Shown here one piece after another: positions 1 to 7,671 of a DNA stretch of 13,892 nucleotides. Origin of the DNA: Thermoproteaceae archaeon (lineage in GTDB: Archaea; Thermoproteota; Thermoprotei; Thermoproteales; Thermoproteaceae); contig JAJHRB010000044.1 in NCBI GenBank assembly GCA_020833025.1, forward strand, positions 1 through 13,892, given 5' to 3'. The position numbers and the translations under genes were made by a program. The notes under the pieces were generated by a model. That model was not told where the DNA came from. It saw only the letters and a program-made list of their open reading frames with translations, and did not search any database. Position 1 is the stretch's first letter, and every line of letters starts with the position of its first letter.

Positions 1-24
1 GGGCAATGACGGCGCGAGGAAATG

Positions 25-32
25 CATAAATA
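25..32 (+). promoter_or_regulatory. TATA-like box for tRNA-Pro
   Basis: CATAAATA preceded by purine-rich GAGGAAA (BRE-like), about 21 nt before the tRNA 5' end at 53. Confidence 0.55.
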
Positions 33-52
33 ATCTGGCGCAGCGGCTTGCG

Positions 53-165
53 GGGGCCGTAGTCTAGCCTGGTAGGATGCGCGGTTATATGCCGCCGCAT
101 ACCGCAGCGGGTCCGCGTGATCCCGGGAGGGTACCCCGGGACTTCAAATCCCGGCGGCCCCACCA
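53..165 (+). tRNA. tRNA-Pro(CGG) with two introns (33/34: 87-107; 53/54: 128-142) and encoded CCA
   Basis: Acceptor GGGGCCG/CGGCCCC, A73 and CCA; D arm GTCTAGCCTGGTAGGAT; anticodon stem CGCGG/CCGCG; T arm CCGGG-TTCAAAT-CCCGG. Removing 87-107 gives loop TT-CGG-GT and removing 128-142 restores the T arm (77-nt mature tRNA). Both intron boundaries fall after the second nt of 3-nt bulges flanking 4-bp helices (GCGG/CCGC; CCCG/CGGG). Confidence 0.95.
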
Positions 166-371
166 CCTCTCTTCCAGCTAGGGAATGGCAGCGGGCCGGC
201 GGGCGGGCCTGTCAGGAGAGCCCATGCACGACGCGCAGGTCTGCTGCGCATGAACTGCCGGATCTCGCGTCCGGATCGCGGCCACGACTCTACCTCTGGG
301 TCTTCTCACTGCGGCGCCGGGCATGCCGGGGTCTCCGGCTCCCTGAAAAAGCGGGCAGGAGCTGGGGGGTC

Positions 372-387
372 GCGAAATTTTTTAAAC
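372..387 (+). promoter_or_regulatory. BRE/TATA promoter for tRNA-Gly
   Basis: GCGAAA-TTTTTTAAAC; TTTAAA at 381-386, about 23 nt before the tRNA start at 409. Confidence 0.75.
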
Positions 388-408
388 TGGCAAGTGCAGG
401 GACGGTAG

Positions 409-515
409 GCGGCGGTAGTCTAGCCTGGTCTAGGATGGCGGCCACGCGCACGCGCCGCAGTGCCAAGCCAGCGGAAAGCCGTTGGTCCCGGGTTCGAATC
501 CCGGCCGCCGCACCA
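409..515 (+). tRNA. tRNA-Gly(GCC) with two introns (32/33: 444-460; 37/38: 466-476) and encoded CCA
   Basis: Acceptor GCGGCGG/CCGCCGC plus ACCA; anticodon stem GCGGC/GCCGT; T arm CCGGG-TTCGAAT-CCCGG. Removing the 17-nt and 11-nt inserts gives loop CT-GCC-AA. Intron 1 sits in a BHB-like motif (GCGG/CCGC, bulges CC|A and AG|T); intron 2 is at the canonical 37/38 site in a bulge-helix-loop motif. Confidence 0.93.
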
Positions 516-627
516 ACCCGCACCTCAGCCAGTGCAGGTGCTGCGTCTGATAGCGGCCCGCGCCGCACTCAATTTCCGACCGCGCGTCGCTCCTCAACTT
601 TTAATGCTCCCGCGGCTGTAGTGCGGC

Positions 628-1377
628 GTGCACGGCAGTGACGGACAGAACGGCGAGGTGCTGAGAGTGGAGAGGCTGCACGCGGGATACGGCAAGCTCC
701 ACGTGCTATTTGGCATTGACATGGTAGTGAGCAGAGGCGAGATAGTTGTCGTGCTGGGTCCCAATGGCGCTGGCAAGTCAACACTTCTCGACAGCATAAT
801 GGGCCTGGCGGATATATACTCCGGCAGGGTAATTGTAATGGGGCGCGACGTGACAGGAAAGCCGCCGCACGAGATAGTCAAGCTCGGCGTTGCCTACGTA
901 ATGCAATCTCCCGATAATATCTTCAGCGGGCTCACGGTTCTCGAGAACCTGCTTGCCGCCTCTACCGGGCTCTCCAGGAGAGAGGCGCGCAGGAGAATCG
1001 AGCTAGTACTTGACGCGTTCCCTAGACTCAGGGAGTTGAGCAACGTGAGGGCGAGGTTCCTCTCTGGCGGCGAGAGACAGCTGCTCGCAATAGCGATGGG
1101 CCTAATGAAAGGGCCGAGGCTACTAATGCTAGACGAGCCCTCTGCCGGCCTGTCCCCGAAGGTAGTGGATGAGGTGTTCGCAACCATTAAGCAGGTTCGC
1201 GACAGGCTTGGAGTATCAGTGCTTCTGGTCGAGCAGAACGCCAGAAAGGCGCTTGAAATAGGGGACAGGGCCTACGTGCTGTCGACGGGCGAGATAAAGT
1301 ACAGCGGCAGCACTCGCGACCTTGACGAAGACAAGCTTGCATCGATTATATTTGGCAAGGCCGTCGCGCAGTTCTGA
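628..1377 (+). CDS. livF: Branched-chain amino acid ABC transporter ATP-binding subunit (LivF-like)
   Basis: Walker A GPNGAGKS, signature LSGGERQ, Walker B LLMLDEP, LivF-type LLVEQN. TTTTAAT at 599-605 lies about 23 nt before the GTG. Confidence 0.9.
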   Translation: MHGSDGQNGEVLRVERLHAGYGKLHVLFGIDMVVSRGEIVVVLGPNGAGKSTLLDSIMGLADIYSGRVIVMGRDVTGKPPHEIVKLGVAYVMQSPDNIFSGLTVLENLLAASTGLSRREARRRIELVLDAFPRLRELSNVRARFLSGGERQLLAIAMGLMKGPRLLMLDEPSAGLSPKVVDEVFATIKQVRDRLGVSVLLVEQNARKALEIGDRAYVLSTGEIKYSGSTRDLDEDKLASIIFGKAVAQF

Positions 1378-1589
1378 TGGAGCCGCTGGAGCTCCCCGCG
1401 GGCAAGTACAGGGTCTACAAGACGAGGGAGTACACAATTTACTACCTGCTGGACGAGAGCGTAGAAATAGGCCGCGAGCCGGAGAGGAAGATAACGAGCG
1501 GGGGTCACGAGTTTTACTTCTTCAAGGGCGTGATAGTAATCAAGCCCGTCAGCTCGACCTCTCAAGCTCGAGGAGCTCCTTCAGTCTGA
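1377..1589 (+). CDS. Small hypothetical protein (70 aa)
   Basis: ATG overlaps the livF stop (TGATG, translational coupling); protein-like aromatic/beta-strand composition; no recognised motif. Confidence 0.7.
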   Translation: MEPLELPAGKYRVYKTREYTIYYLLDESVEIGREPERKITSGGHEFYFFKGVIVIKPVSSTSQARGAPSV

Positions 1590-1890
1590 ATCTAGCTTGC
1601 CTGCCGTCAGGGTACTCGCGGACTATTATAAAATCCAAGAGCCCCTGCTTAAACTCCTCCATTGCTATTATTACGGGATCTGTAGTCCCGAGTTTCTTGA
1701 CGTCGACCAGCGGCTGCGCGCCCATTGCCAGCTGCAGCGCCCTCACGCTTATAATGCGGGCTATCTCATACTTGGTGAGGCGCGGGGGGTAGAGCTCTCT
1801 CTTTATCAGCGATCGCTCTAGAAGGTCTATTAGCTTGTGTATGCGCTGCAGAAGCTCTGGAACTGTGAGAGCCCTGGCTCTGGAGCTCAT
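1549..1890 (-). CDS. rpoK: DNA-directed RNA polymerase subunit K (Rpo6)
   Basis: Rpo6/RPB6 core PPRLTKYEIARIISVRALQLAMGA...DPVIIAMEEF; minus-strand TTTTTATTTA about 25 nt upstream. Confidence 0.95.
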   Translation of the reverse strand: MSSRARALTVPELLQRIHKLIDLLERSLIKRELYPPRLTKYEIARIISVRALQLAMGAQPLVDVKKLGTTDPVIIAMEEFKQGLLDFIIVREYPDGRQARFRLKELLELERSS

Positions 1891-1956
1891 GGCGGGGCGG
1901 AGCGGAGTTGGGAGTAAATAAAAATGTTTTCCCGGTTGGAGGCGGCTTAGAGTTTG

Positions 1957-3630
1957 TTAGTCGAAGGACTTTGTGGATTTCGTCTCCTCCTCCTTCTCCT
2001 CCTCGCCGCCCTTCTTGCCCTTCTTCTCCTCCTTCTTGGGCGCTCCGGCCGCAATTATGTCGTCAATGCGCAGTATCATTATAGCGGCCTCGACGGCGGA
2101 CTTAATCACCTGCTTCTTAACAAGCAGCGGATCCCACACGTTCAACGCAGCGATGTCCGTGACCTTGCCTCCCAGCACGTCAATGCCGGCCGTGATCTCG
2201 CCATTGTCGTGCCTGCGCCTTAGCTCTGCAATTGCGTCAACGGGATCCATGCCGGCGGACAGCGCGAGTATGGTCGGTATGTACTCCAGCGCGTCGGCGA
2301 ACTTAAGGGCAGCCAGCTGCTCCTTGCCCGACAGCTTCCTCGCAAACTCCCTAACCCTCCTCGCAATTTCTATCTCGAGCGCGCCGCCGCCTGGCACTAC
2401 CTTGGGCTCTCTGAATATGTCGCGCACGACGTGCAGCCCGTCTTGCAGCGACCTCTCAACCTCGTCGAGTATTCTGTCGCTGCCGCCGCGCACCAGAATT
2501 GTGACGGCCCTCGGGTTCGGTATTTGCTCGATGAACACCATCTTCTCCTCGCCTACCTTTCTCTCCTCGACGAGACCGGCCGTGCCCAGATCCTCAGGTC
2601 TCGCGTCCTTGACCGATGTAATTATCCTGGCGCCAGTCGCCCTGGCCAGCTTCTCTATGTCGCTGCGCTTGACCCTCCTCACGGCCATTATTCCCTTCTT
2701 GGCCAGGAAGTGCTGCGCCACCTCGTCAATGCCCTTCTGCGTTATGACGACGTTTGCGCCTATTGACGCTAGGTGCTCGACGTAGGACTTCAAGATCTCG
2801 GCCTCTTGGTCTAGGAACGCCTTTATCTGCTCGGGGCTCGTAACTGATATTTTCGTCGTCCACTCAGGCTTCTCTATCTCAAGCGGCGCGTCGAGGATGG
2901 CAATCTTGGCGTTCGTGACGCGCTTCGGCATTGCCGGGTGTACGACCTCCTTGTCGAGGACGATCCCCCTCACGAACTGCGTTTCGTAAATTGACTTGCC
3001 CTTCTTCTTCTCGATCTTGATCCAGTCTAAGTCGAGGTACGGCTTGCCCTCTCTCGTCTCCATGGCCTGGAACGCGGCCTCGATCACTATGTCTGCCAGG
3101 TAGTCTCTGGTCTCGGCAACCACCTTAGACGAGAGTGCGCTCGTCACGACTCTCTTCACGCCCTCCTTGGTCAGCTCCGCCTCTCTGGCGATCTCCTCGG
3201 CAGCCTTTATTGCATACTCTGCTGCCTTCTTGTAGCCGTCAACTACAATTGTCGGGTGGAGACCCTCCTCGAGCAGACTCTCGCCGAGTTCCAGGAGCTT
3301 GCCTGCCAGCACCACCGCGGTTGTGGTGCCGTCTCCCACCTCGGCGTCTTGAGCCTTGGCAACCTCTATGAGCAGTTTGGCGGCGGGGTGCTGCACCTCC
3401 ATCTCCTTTAGGATCGTTGCGCCGTCGCCAGTGATGGTCACGTCGCCAAACGCGTCAATCAGCATCTTGTCCATGCCCCTCGGGCCCAGCGAGGTAGCCA
3501 GGATCTCGGCAATTACCTTAGCCGCCTGGATGTTAGTGCGCCGCGCATCGACGCCGGTCGTTCTCTGGCTTCCCTCCTTCATTATCATTATTGGGACGCC
3601 TGTTTTGGGCGCAGAGGCGCTCGCGCTCAC
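1957..3630 (-). CDS. thsB: Thermosome (group II chaperonin) subunit, probably beta; start corrected to GTG 3630
   Basis: [34 protein letters not shown], acidic/basic tail. The ORF-track ATG at 3648 is only 2 nt from the TATA box, whereas the in-frame GTG at 3630 is about 21 nt away. The alpha/beta assignment is from memory of Pyrobaculum sequences. Confidence 0.97.
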   Translation of the reverse strand: MSASASAPKTGVPIMIMKEGSQRTTGVDARRTNIQAAKVIAEILATSLGPRGMDKMLIDAFGDVTITGDGATILKEMEVQHPAAKLLIEVAKAQDAEVGDGTTTAVVLAGKLLELGESLLEEGLHPTIVVDGYKKAAEYAIKAAEEIAREAELTKEGVKRVVTSALSSKVVAETRDYLADIVIEAAFQAMETREGKPYLDLDWIKIEKKKGKSIYETQFVRGIVLDKEVVHPAMPKRVTNAKIAILDAPLEIEKPEWTTKISVTSPEQIKAFLDQEAEILKSYVEHLASIGANVVITQKGIDEVAQHFLAKKGIMAVRRVKRSDIEKLARATGARIITSVKDARPEDLGTAGLVEERKVGEEKMVFIEQIPNPRAVTILVRGGSDRILDEVERSLQDGLHVVRDIFREPKVVPGGGALEIEIARRVREFARKLSGKEQLAALKFADALEYIPTILALSAGMDPVDAIAELRRRHDNGEITAGIDVLGGKVTDIAALNVWDPLLVKKQVIKSAVEAAIMILRIDDIIAAGAPKKEEKKGKKGGEEEKEEETKSTKSFD

Positions 3631-3650
3631 GGCCTTTACTTTGGTCATGC

Positions 3651-3668
3651 ATATAAAAGCTTTTCGCC
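3651..3668 (-). promoter_or_regulatory. BRE/TATA promoter of the thermosome gene
   Basis: Minus strand reads GCGAAAAGC-TTTTATAT. Confidence 0.75.
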
Positions 3669-3694
3669 GCTCGGCGCGCTCCAGTAGCCGCCAC

Positions 3695-5044
3695 CTACGG
3701 CCACGCGCCGGAGTCTATTGCGTATATCTGCACGTCGGGGATCAAGACTCCCCTGGCATCTATGATAATCGGCGTCCGCATGAGCCTCGCAATCTTGCTG
3801 GCATTTATTGCGTAAGCAGAGTGGTCAGTCACGACGAGCGCAACATCGGCGCCGCTCACGGCACTGTCAAGGTCCTGCAGTAGCGCGATGCCGAGTTTTG
3901 CGAGCTTGGCGTCGCGCTTGACATAGGGGTCGTGCACCACTATCTGGCTCGGCTTTATCCCGGTTCTCAGCAGCGCGGATATCACCTCGTAAGTCGGGCT
4001 CTCGCGCGTGTCATCAATATCGCCGCGAAACGCCAGCCCGAGTATTGCTATCTTCGCGGCGGCGGGGTTCACGCCGTGCTTCAGCATCGCGCGGAGCGCC
4101 GCGAGCGTGATCTCTCCCGGCTGCCTCTCATTTATCCGCCTCGCGAGTCTCACTAGCGGGAGGTCAATGCCGCACTTTGCGGCAGTCCACAAGAGAAAGT
4201 AGGGGTAGACAGGTATGCAGCCGCCCCCCACGCCGGCTCCCGGTCTGTGCACGTGGCAGTAGGGTTGGCTGTTGGCGGCCTCGCGCGCCCTCCTGAAGGA
4301 TATTCCCATCGCGCTCGCGAGTCTTGCCATTTCATTCGCCAGCGCTATGTTGACATCCCTGTAGACCCCCTCGAGGAGCTTCTCGAACTCTGCCTCCTTA
4401 ATGCTCTCTAACACGATGACGCCGCGTCTTGCAACCAGCCCGTACAGCGCCGCTGCCTCCCTGGCGCTCCTCGGGCCGGCTCCGGCCACGACCTTCGGGT
4501 AGTTCTCAGTTATGTCGCGCAGCGCGCGCCCTATCATTATGCGCTCGGGGCTGTACGCCAGGTAGAAGTCCTCCTCGGCCACGAGGCCCGAGACCCCCTC
4601 GAGGACCGGCCTTACCACCTCTTCGGTGGTGCCCGGCGGGACGCTCGACTCCACCACCACCAGATCCCCCCGCTTGAGCCCCGCGCCAATGCTTCTGGCG
4701 GCCGAAATGAGTGCGGAGAAGTCAAGCTCGATGCCTCCCGGCGCCCTCTTCAGATACACCGGCACTGTTATTATCTTGACAGAGCTCTTCAGAGACGCGG
4801 CAACGCCGTCTGTCGTAGCCGTGAACCTCCCGGCCTTGGCCGCGTCGGCTAAGACGCGCGCCACCTCGTCCTCGGGGTATTCCACAACCCCGCTGTTTAG
4901 CCTCTCGACCTTACCGATGTCAGTGTCAACGCCTACCACGCTGGCCCCCGCGAGTGCCCACGCTGCGGACACTGCAAGCCCGACGTACCCGAGGCCGTAC
5001 ACGGACACAACTAGCTCCCCGCGCTTTAGGAGTTCGGCGAGCAT
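3695..5044 (-). CDS. Nucleotide-sugar dehydrogenase, UDP-N-acetylmannosamine/GlcNAc dehydrogenase (WecC-like) family
   Basis: Rossmann [38 protein letters not shown], catalytic [23 protein letters not shown]. Exact substrate cannot be determined from sequence. Confidence 0.92.
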   Translation of the reverse strand: MLAELLKRGELVVSVYGLGYVGLAVSAAWALAGASVVGVDTDIGKVERLNSGVVEYPEDEVARVLADAAKAGRFTATTDGVAASLKSSVKIITVPVYLKRAPGGIELDFSALISAARSIGAGLKRGDLVVVESSVPPGTTEEVVRPVLEGVSGLVAEEDFYLAYSPERIMIGRALRDITENYPKVVAGAGPRSAREAAALYGLVARRGVIVLESIKEAEFEKLLEGVYRDVNIALANEMARLASAMGISFRRAREAANSQPYCHVHRPGAGVGGGCIPVYPYFLLWTAAKCGIDLPLVRLARRINERQPGEITLAALRAMLKHGVNPAAAKIAILGLAFRGDIDDTRESPTYEVISALLRTGIKPSQIVVHDPYVKRDAKLAKLGIALLQDLDSAVSGADVALVVTDHSAYAINASKIARLMRTPIIIDARGVLIPDVQIYAIDSGAWP

Positions 5045-5064
5045 GACGGCTCGCGGCGGGCTCC

Positions 5065-5094
5065 TTAAAAATGGGGGCTGGGACTCTTTAAAAA
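5065..5094. promoter_or_regulatory. Back-to-back divergent TATA boxes
   Basis: Minus-strand TTTTTAA (5065-5071) about 21 nt before ATG 5044; plus-strand TTTAAAAA (5087-5094) about 21 nt before ATG 5115. Confidence 0.75.
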
Positions 5095-5114
5095 GCGGGA
5101 GTCAGCGACGCGGA

Positions 5115-5825
5115 ATGGAGATTTACGTGCTGGGCTACGGCGGCTGGCTCGCGCCGCCGCACGCCGGGCACGTGTCTATTCTCGCTAGGACTGACGCCAG
5201 CCTGCTCATTGACGCCGGGGAGTGCACCTACGCCCAGCTTGTGCGCTGCGGCCTGCAGCTCCCGGATGTTGTGTTTGTGAGCCACAGGCACGGGGACCAC
5301 ATGCTCGGGCTGCCCACTCTCGTGCTGGCAGCCCGCAAGCTCGGGAGGGCCATCAAAGTTGTGGCCGGCCGCGGGACTCTCGAAGCCGTCAGGGCGCTGC
5401 TCTCCGCCGTCGGGCTTGAGGACGCGCTTGGGCGCGTGGTGGAGGTGATCGAGGCGGCCGGGCCCTTGATGCTGGGCGGCACCATCGTGAAGTTCGCCCC
5501 AGCGAGGCACACCGTCGAGGCAACGGCCGTCAGAGTGGAGTTCGGGGGGAGGTGCCTTGTCTACAGCTCGGACACTGCGCCGGCAGAGAGCGTGGTGGAG
5601 CTCGCCCGCGGGTGCGACCTGCTGATTTACGAGTCGTCGGCAAATGCAGAGCAGGAGGCGGCCGCGCACGCGCTGGGGCACAGCACGACTCTCGACGCGG
5701 TCGAGGCCGCCAAGGCGGCCGGGGTGAGGATGCTCATGCCCGTGCACTTCCACGGCGATCTACCCGTCGTGCCTCCCGGCGTGACCGTCGTGGTGCCAAC
5801 GCCGTGCGGGAGGCTCGCGCTATGA
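5115..5825 (+). CDS. Metallo-beta-lactamase fold hydrolase, RNase Z/ElaC-like (236 aa; true start ATG 5115)
   Basis: LLIDAGE, SHRHGDH (HxHxDH), RHT, YSSDT, LIYES, HST, PVHF. The ORF-track N-terminus is the antisense frame of the dehydrogenase gene. Confidence 0.88.
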   Translation: MEIYVLGYGGWLAPPHAGHVSILARTDASLLIDAGECTYAQLVRCGLQLPDVVFVSHRHGDHMLGLPTLVLAARKLGRAIKVVAGRGTLEAVRALLSAVGLEDALGRVVEVIEAAGPLMLGGTIVKFAPARHTVEATAVRVEFGGRCLVYSSDTAPAESVVELARGCDLLIYESSANAEQEAAAHALGHSTTLDAVEAAKAAGVRMLMPVHFHGDLPVVPPGVTVVVPTPCGRLAL

Positions 5826-6331
5826 CCGCGTGCCTGAGGCTCCTCGCGCGCAGGGATCTCTTCGCGTTCCCATACCCCATTGCGATCTGGAGAGAGCCGC
5901 CGAGGTCCCTCGAGATCCTTGCGGACATTATGGAGTCGCACGGCATAAGGCACCTGTACGCAGTGGGCGACGTCGTGACGTCGAACCTCTTAAGCCGCGG
6001 CGTTGTGCCGACGTCAGTGGCCGTGGACGGGAGGTCTGCCGGGCGCCAGTACAGGCACGATCTCGGCTCGCTCTACAGGGTCGTGACAGTGCACAACCCG
6101 CCGAGCCGCATAACAGGCGAGGCGTGGAGCGCCGTGAGGGAGGCCGTGAGGGGCGGCATCGCGGTCAGAGTTGATGGCGAGGAGGACATGCTCGCGCTGG
6201 CATTCATAAAGCTGGCGCCGCCGCGGTCTCTGGTCGTTTACGGGCACTACGCGGGCGCGCTGGTGGCGGTGATGGTCGACTGGTACAGGGACGCGATTCT
6301 GAAGCTTTTTGAGTACATGGGCGAGTGCTGA
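5822..6331 (+). CDS. DUF359 family, GTP-dependent dephospho-CoA kinase-like (169 aa)
   Basis: ATGA overlap with the upstream stop; motifs VGDVVT, VDG, NPP-RIT-EA, VDGEEDM, VVYG. Confidence 0.88.
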   Translation: MTACLRLLARRDLFAFPYPIAIWREPPRSLEILADIMESHGIRHLYAVGDVVTSNLLSRGVVPTSVAVDGRSAGRQYRHDLGSLYRVVTVHNPPSRITGEAWSAVREAVRGGIAVRVDGEEDMLALAFIKLAPPRSLVVYGHYAGALVAVMVDWYRDAILKLFEYMGEC

Positions 6332-6332
6332 C

Positions 6333-7067
6333 ATGAAGGGCAGGCGGCCGCGGCGTATGCAATTACATACAGTGCTGGCCGTCGCGCTGGCAGTCGCGTT
6401 CGCGGCTGCAGTCGCCGCGGTCGTGCACACGCTGGTGCACCCCGGGCCGCCCTCTCAGCCTCAGCAGCTGGTCAAGCTCCCGGTCCCCCCGTGGGCCATA
6501 TCCGTCGGCCGTCCCGACGCCCCCGTGACTCTCGTCGAGCTCTTTGACGTCCACTGCCCCTACTGCGCCCTCGCTCACGTGCAGCTCGACGGGCTCTACA
6601 AGAGGCTCGTCGCGGAGGGCAGGCTGAGGCTAGTCCTCGTCGACTACATCACGCACCCGCCGCTGTCGTACTACTCCCACGCGCTCCTCCACTGCGCCCA
6701 CAGGCTGCTGGGCGAGAACGCTACGTACAGGCTCGTGACGGCGCTTTACGAGGTCTTGGTGAGGGAGAGGAATTTCAGCAGGCAGATAGAGCTGCTGGAG
6801 AGCGCCGTGCGGAAGCTCAACGCGACGTGCGCCGGCGCGCCGACTCCCGGCGAGCTGGAGAACCTCACGCGCGCGTGGGACGAGGCGCTCGAGAGGCTCG
6901 GCGTGAGGGAGGGGGGCACGCCAACGTTCGTGGTGCTGAGGGGCGGCGCCGCCGCGGTGCCCGGGCCGTGCAGCCCTGCGGGCAGATATGCGTACTCGTG
7001 CGGCGGGACCGCAGAGATAGTGGTCGGGGCAGACGTTGAGAGGCTGAGAGAGCTTCTCACGAGATAG
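6333..7067 (+). CDS. Membrane-anchored DsbA-like thioredoxin-fold protein
   Basis: ATG 1 nt after the upstream stop (alternative ATG 6357); basic residues then a hydrophobic anchor; ELFDVHCPYC active site and GGTPTF cis-Pro loop. Confidence 0.85.
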   Translation: MKGRRPRRMQLHTVLAVALAVAFAAAVAAVVHTLVHPGPPSQPQQLVKLPVPPWAISVGRPDAPVTLVELFDVHCPYCALAHVQLDGLYKRLVAEGRLRLVLVDYITHPPLSYYSHALLHCAHRLLGENATYRLVTALYEVLVRERNFSRQIELLESAVRKLNATCAGAPTPGELENLTRAWDEALERLGVREGGTPTFVVLRGGAAAVPGPCSPAGRYAYSCGGTAEIVVGADVERLRELLTR

Positions 7068-7085
7068 CCGGCAGCGCGAGAGTGC

Positions 7086-7140
7086 GGTCAGCCAGCTGCC
7101 GCGTTGTCACGGCTCCTCACTGGTCGGGCTCATCACGTTC
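7086..7140 (-). ncRNA. Box C/D methylation-guide sRNA
   Basis: Minus strand: C box GTGATGA (7136-7130), guide GCCCGACCA(GTG), D' GTGA or AGGA, C' GTGACAA (7110-7104), 12-nt guide CGCGGCAGCTGG, D box CTGA (7091-7088). Canonical archaeal size and spacing. Confidence 0.8.
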
Positions 7141-7152
7141 AGCTAGGCTGTT

Positions 7153-7167
7153 AACGAAATTTATAAA
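7153..7167 (+). promoter_or_regulatory. BRE plus palindromic TATA box TTTATAAA
   Basis: AACGAAA-TTTATAAA (7160-7167), about 22 nt before ATG 7189 and about 24 nt from the C box of the opposite-strand sRNA. Confidence 0.8.
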
Positions 7168-7188
7168 AAGTAAGTAATACTTTTCAGC

Positions 7189-7605
7189 ATGTCCGCGCTC
7201 ACGTGCGGGCTGATAGCATCGCGACCGGTCATCACGATAACGCCGGACAGGACGATACTAGACGCGGCCAGAATCATGGCGGAGCGCGACATAGGATTTC
7301 TGGTGCTCGTCGAGCCGAAGAACCCGAGGAGAGCCATCGGCGTTATCAGCGAGAGGGACATCATAAGGACAATTGCAAAGGGTGTTCCGCTGGACTCGAC
7401 AGTAGACAAGGTCGACACAATAGGGAGTCTTCTCGTGACCGTCAGCGTCGACGACCCGATAACTATTGCCGTGGAAAAAATGGCAAGGTACCGAATTAGG
7501 CACCTCATAGTGCTGGACAGAGACGGCAATCTCTACGGCGTGATAGCAATGCGCGACATTATTGGCAGGCTGTCCAGGGGCAGGGTGATCTTCGAGCTCG
7601 CGTAG
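7189..7605 (+). CDS. CBS domain-pair protein
   Basis: Two CBS repeats (ITITPDRTILDAARIMAERDIGFLV...GVISERDI; TVSVDDPI...MARYRIRHLIVLD...GVIAMRDI). Confidence 0.92.
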   Translation: MSALTCGLIASRPVITITPDRTILDAARIMAERDIGFLVLVEPKNPRRAIGVISERDIIRTIAKGVPLDSTVDKVDTIGSLLVTVSVDDPITIAVEKMARYRIRHLIVLDRDGNLYGVIAMRDIIGRLSRGRVIFELA

Positions 7606-7671
7606 CGCGCAATCTCCAGCCGCCGCGCGTAACCGGCCCACGCATAAATCGGCCGCGGCACCGACCCTGCG

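Noticed and set aside
520-541. GCACCT/AGGTGC hairpin after tRNA-Gly as a terminator
   Set aside because: Only 6 bp with no U-tract; archaeal termination relies mainly on oligo-U signals.
117-881. ORFs 117-641, 290-568, 569-784 and 594-881
   Set aside because: They overlap tRNA genes or are antisense to livF; low-complexity GC-frame translations without motifs.
1973-2785. 270-aa plus-strand ORF and other long antisense ORFs (5088-5753, 11523-12392)
   Set aside because: Ser/Ala-rich mirror frames of real genes, expected at high GC.
3631-3648. ORF-track thermosome start MTKVKA
   Set aside because: The ATG lies 2 nt from the TATA box, upstream of the expected transcription start.
4626-5114. 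163-codon N-terminal extension of the MBL hydrolase
   Set aside because: Antisense shadow of the dehydrogenase gene; it also runs across both TATA boxes.
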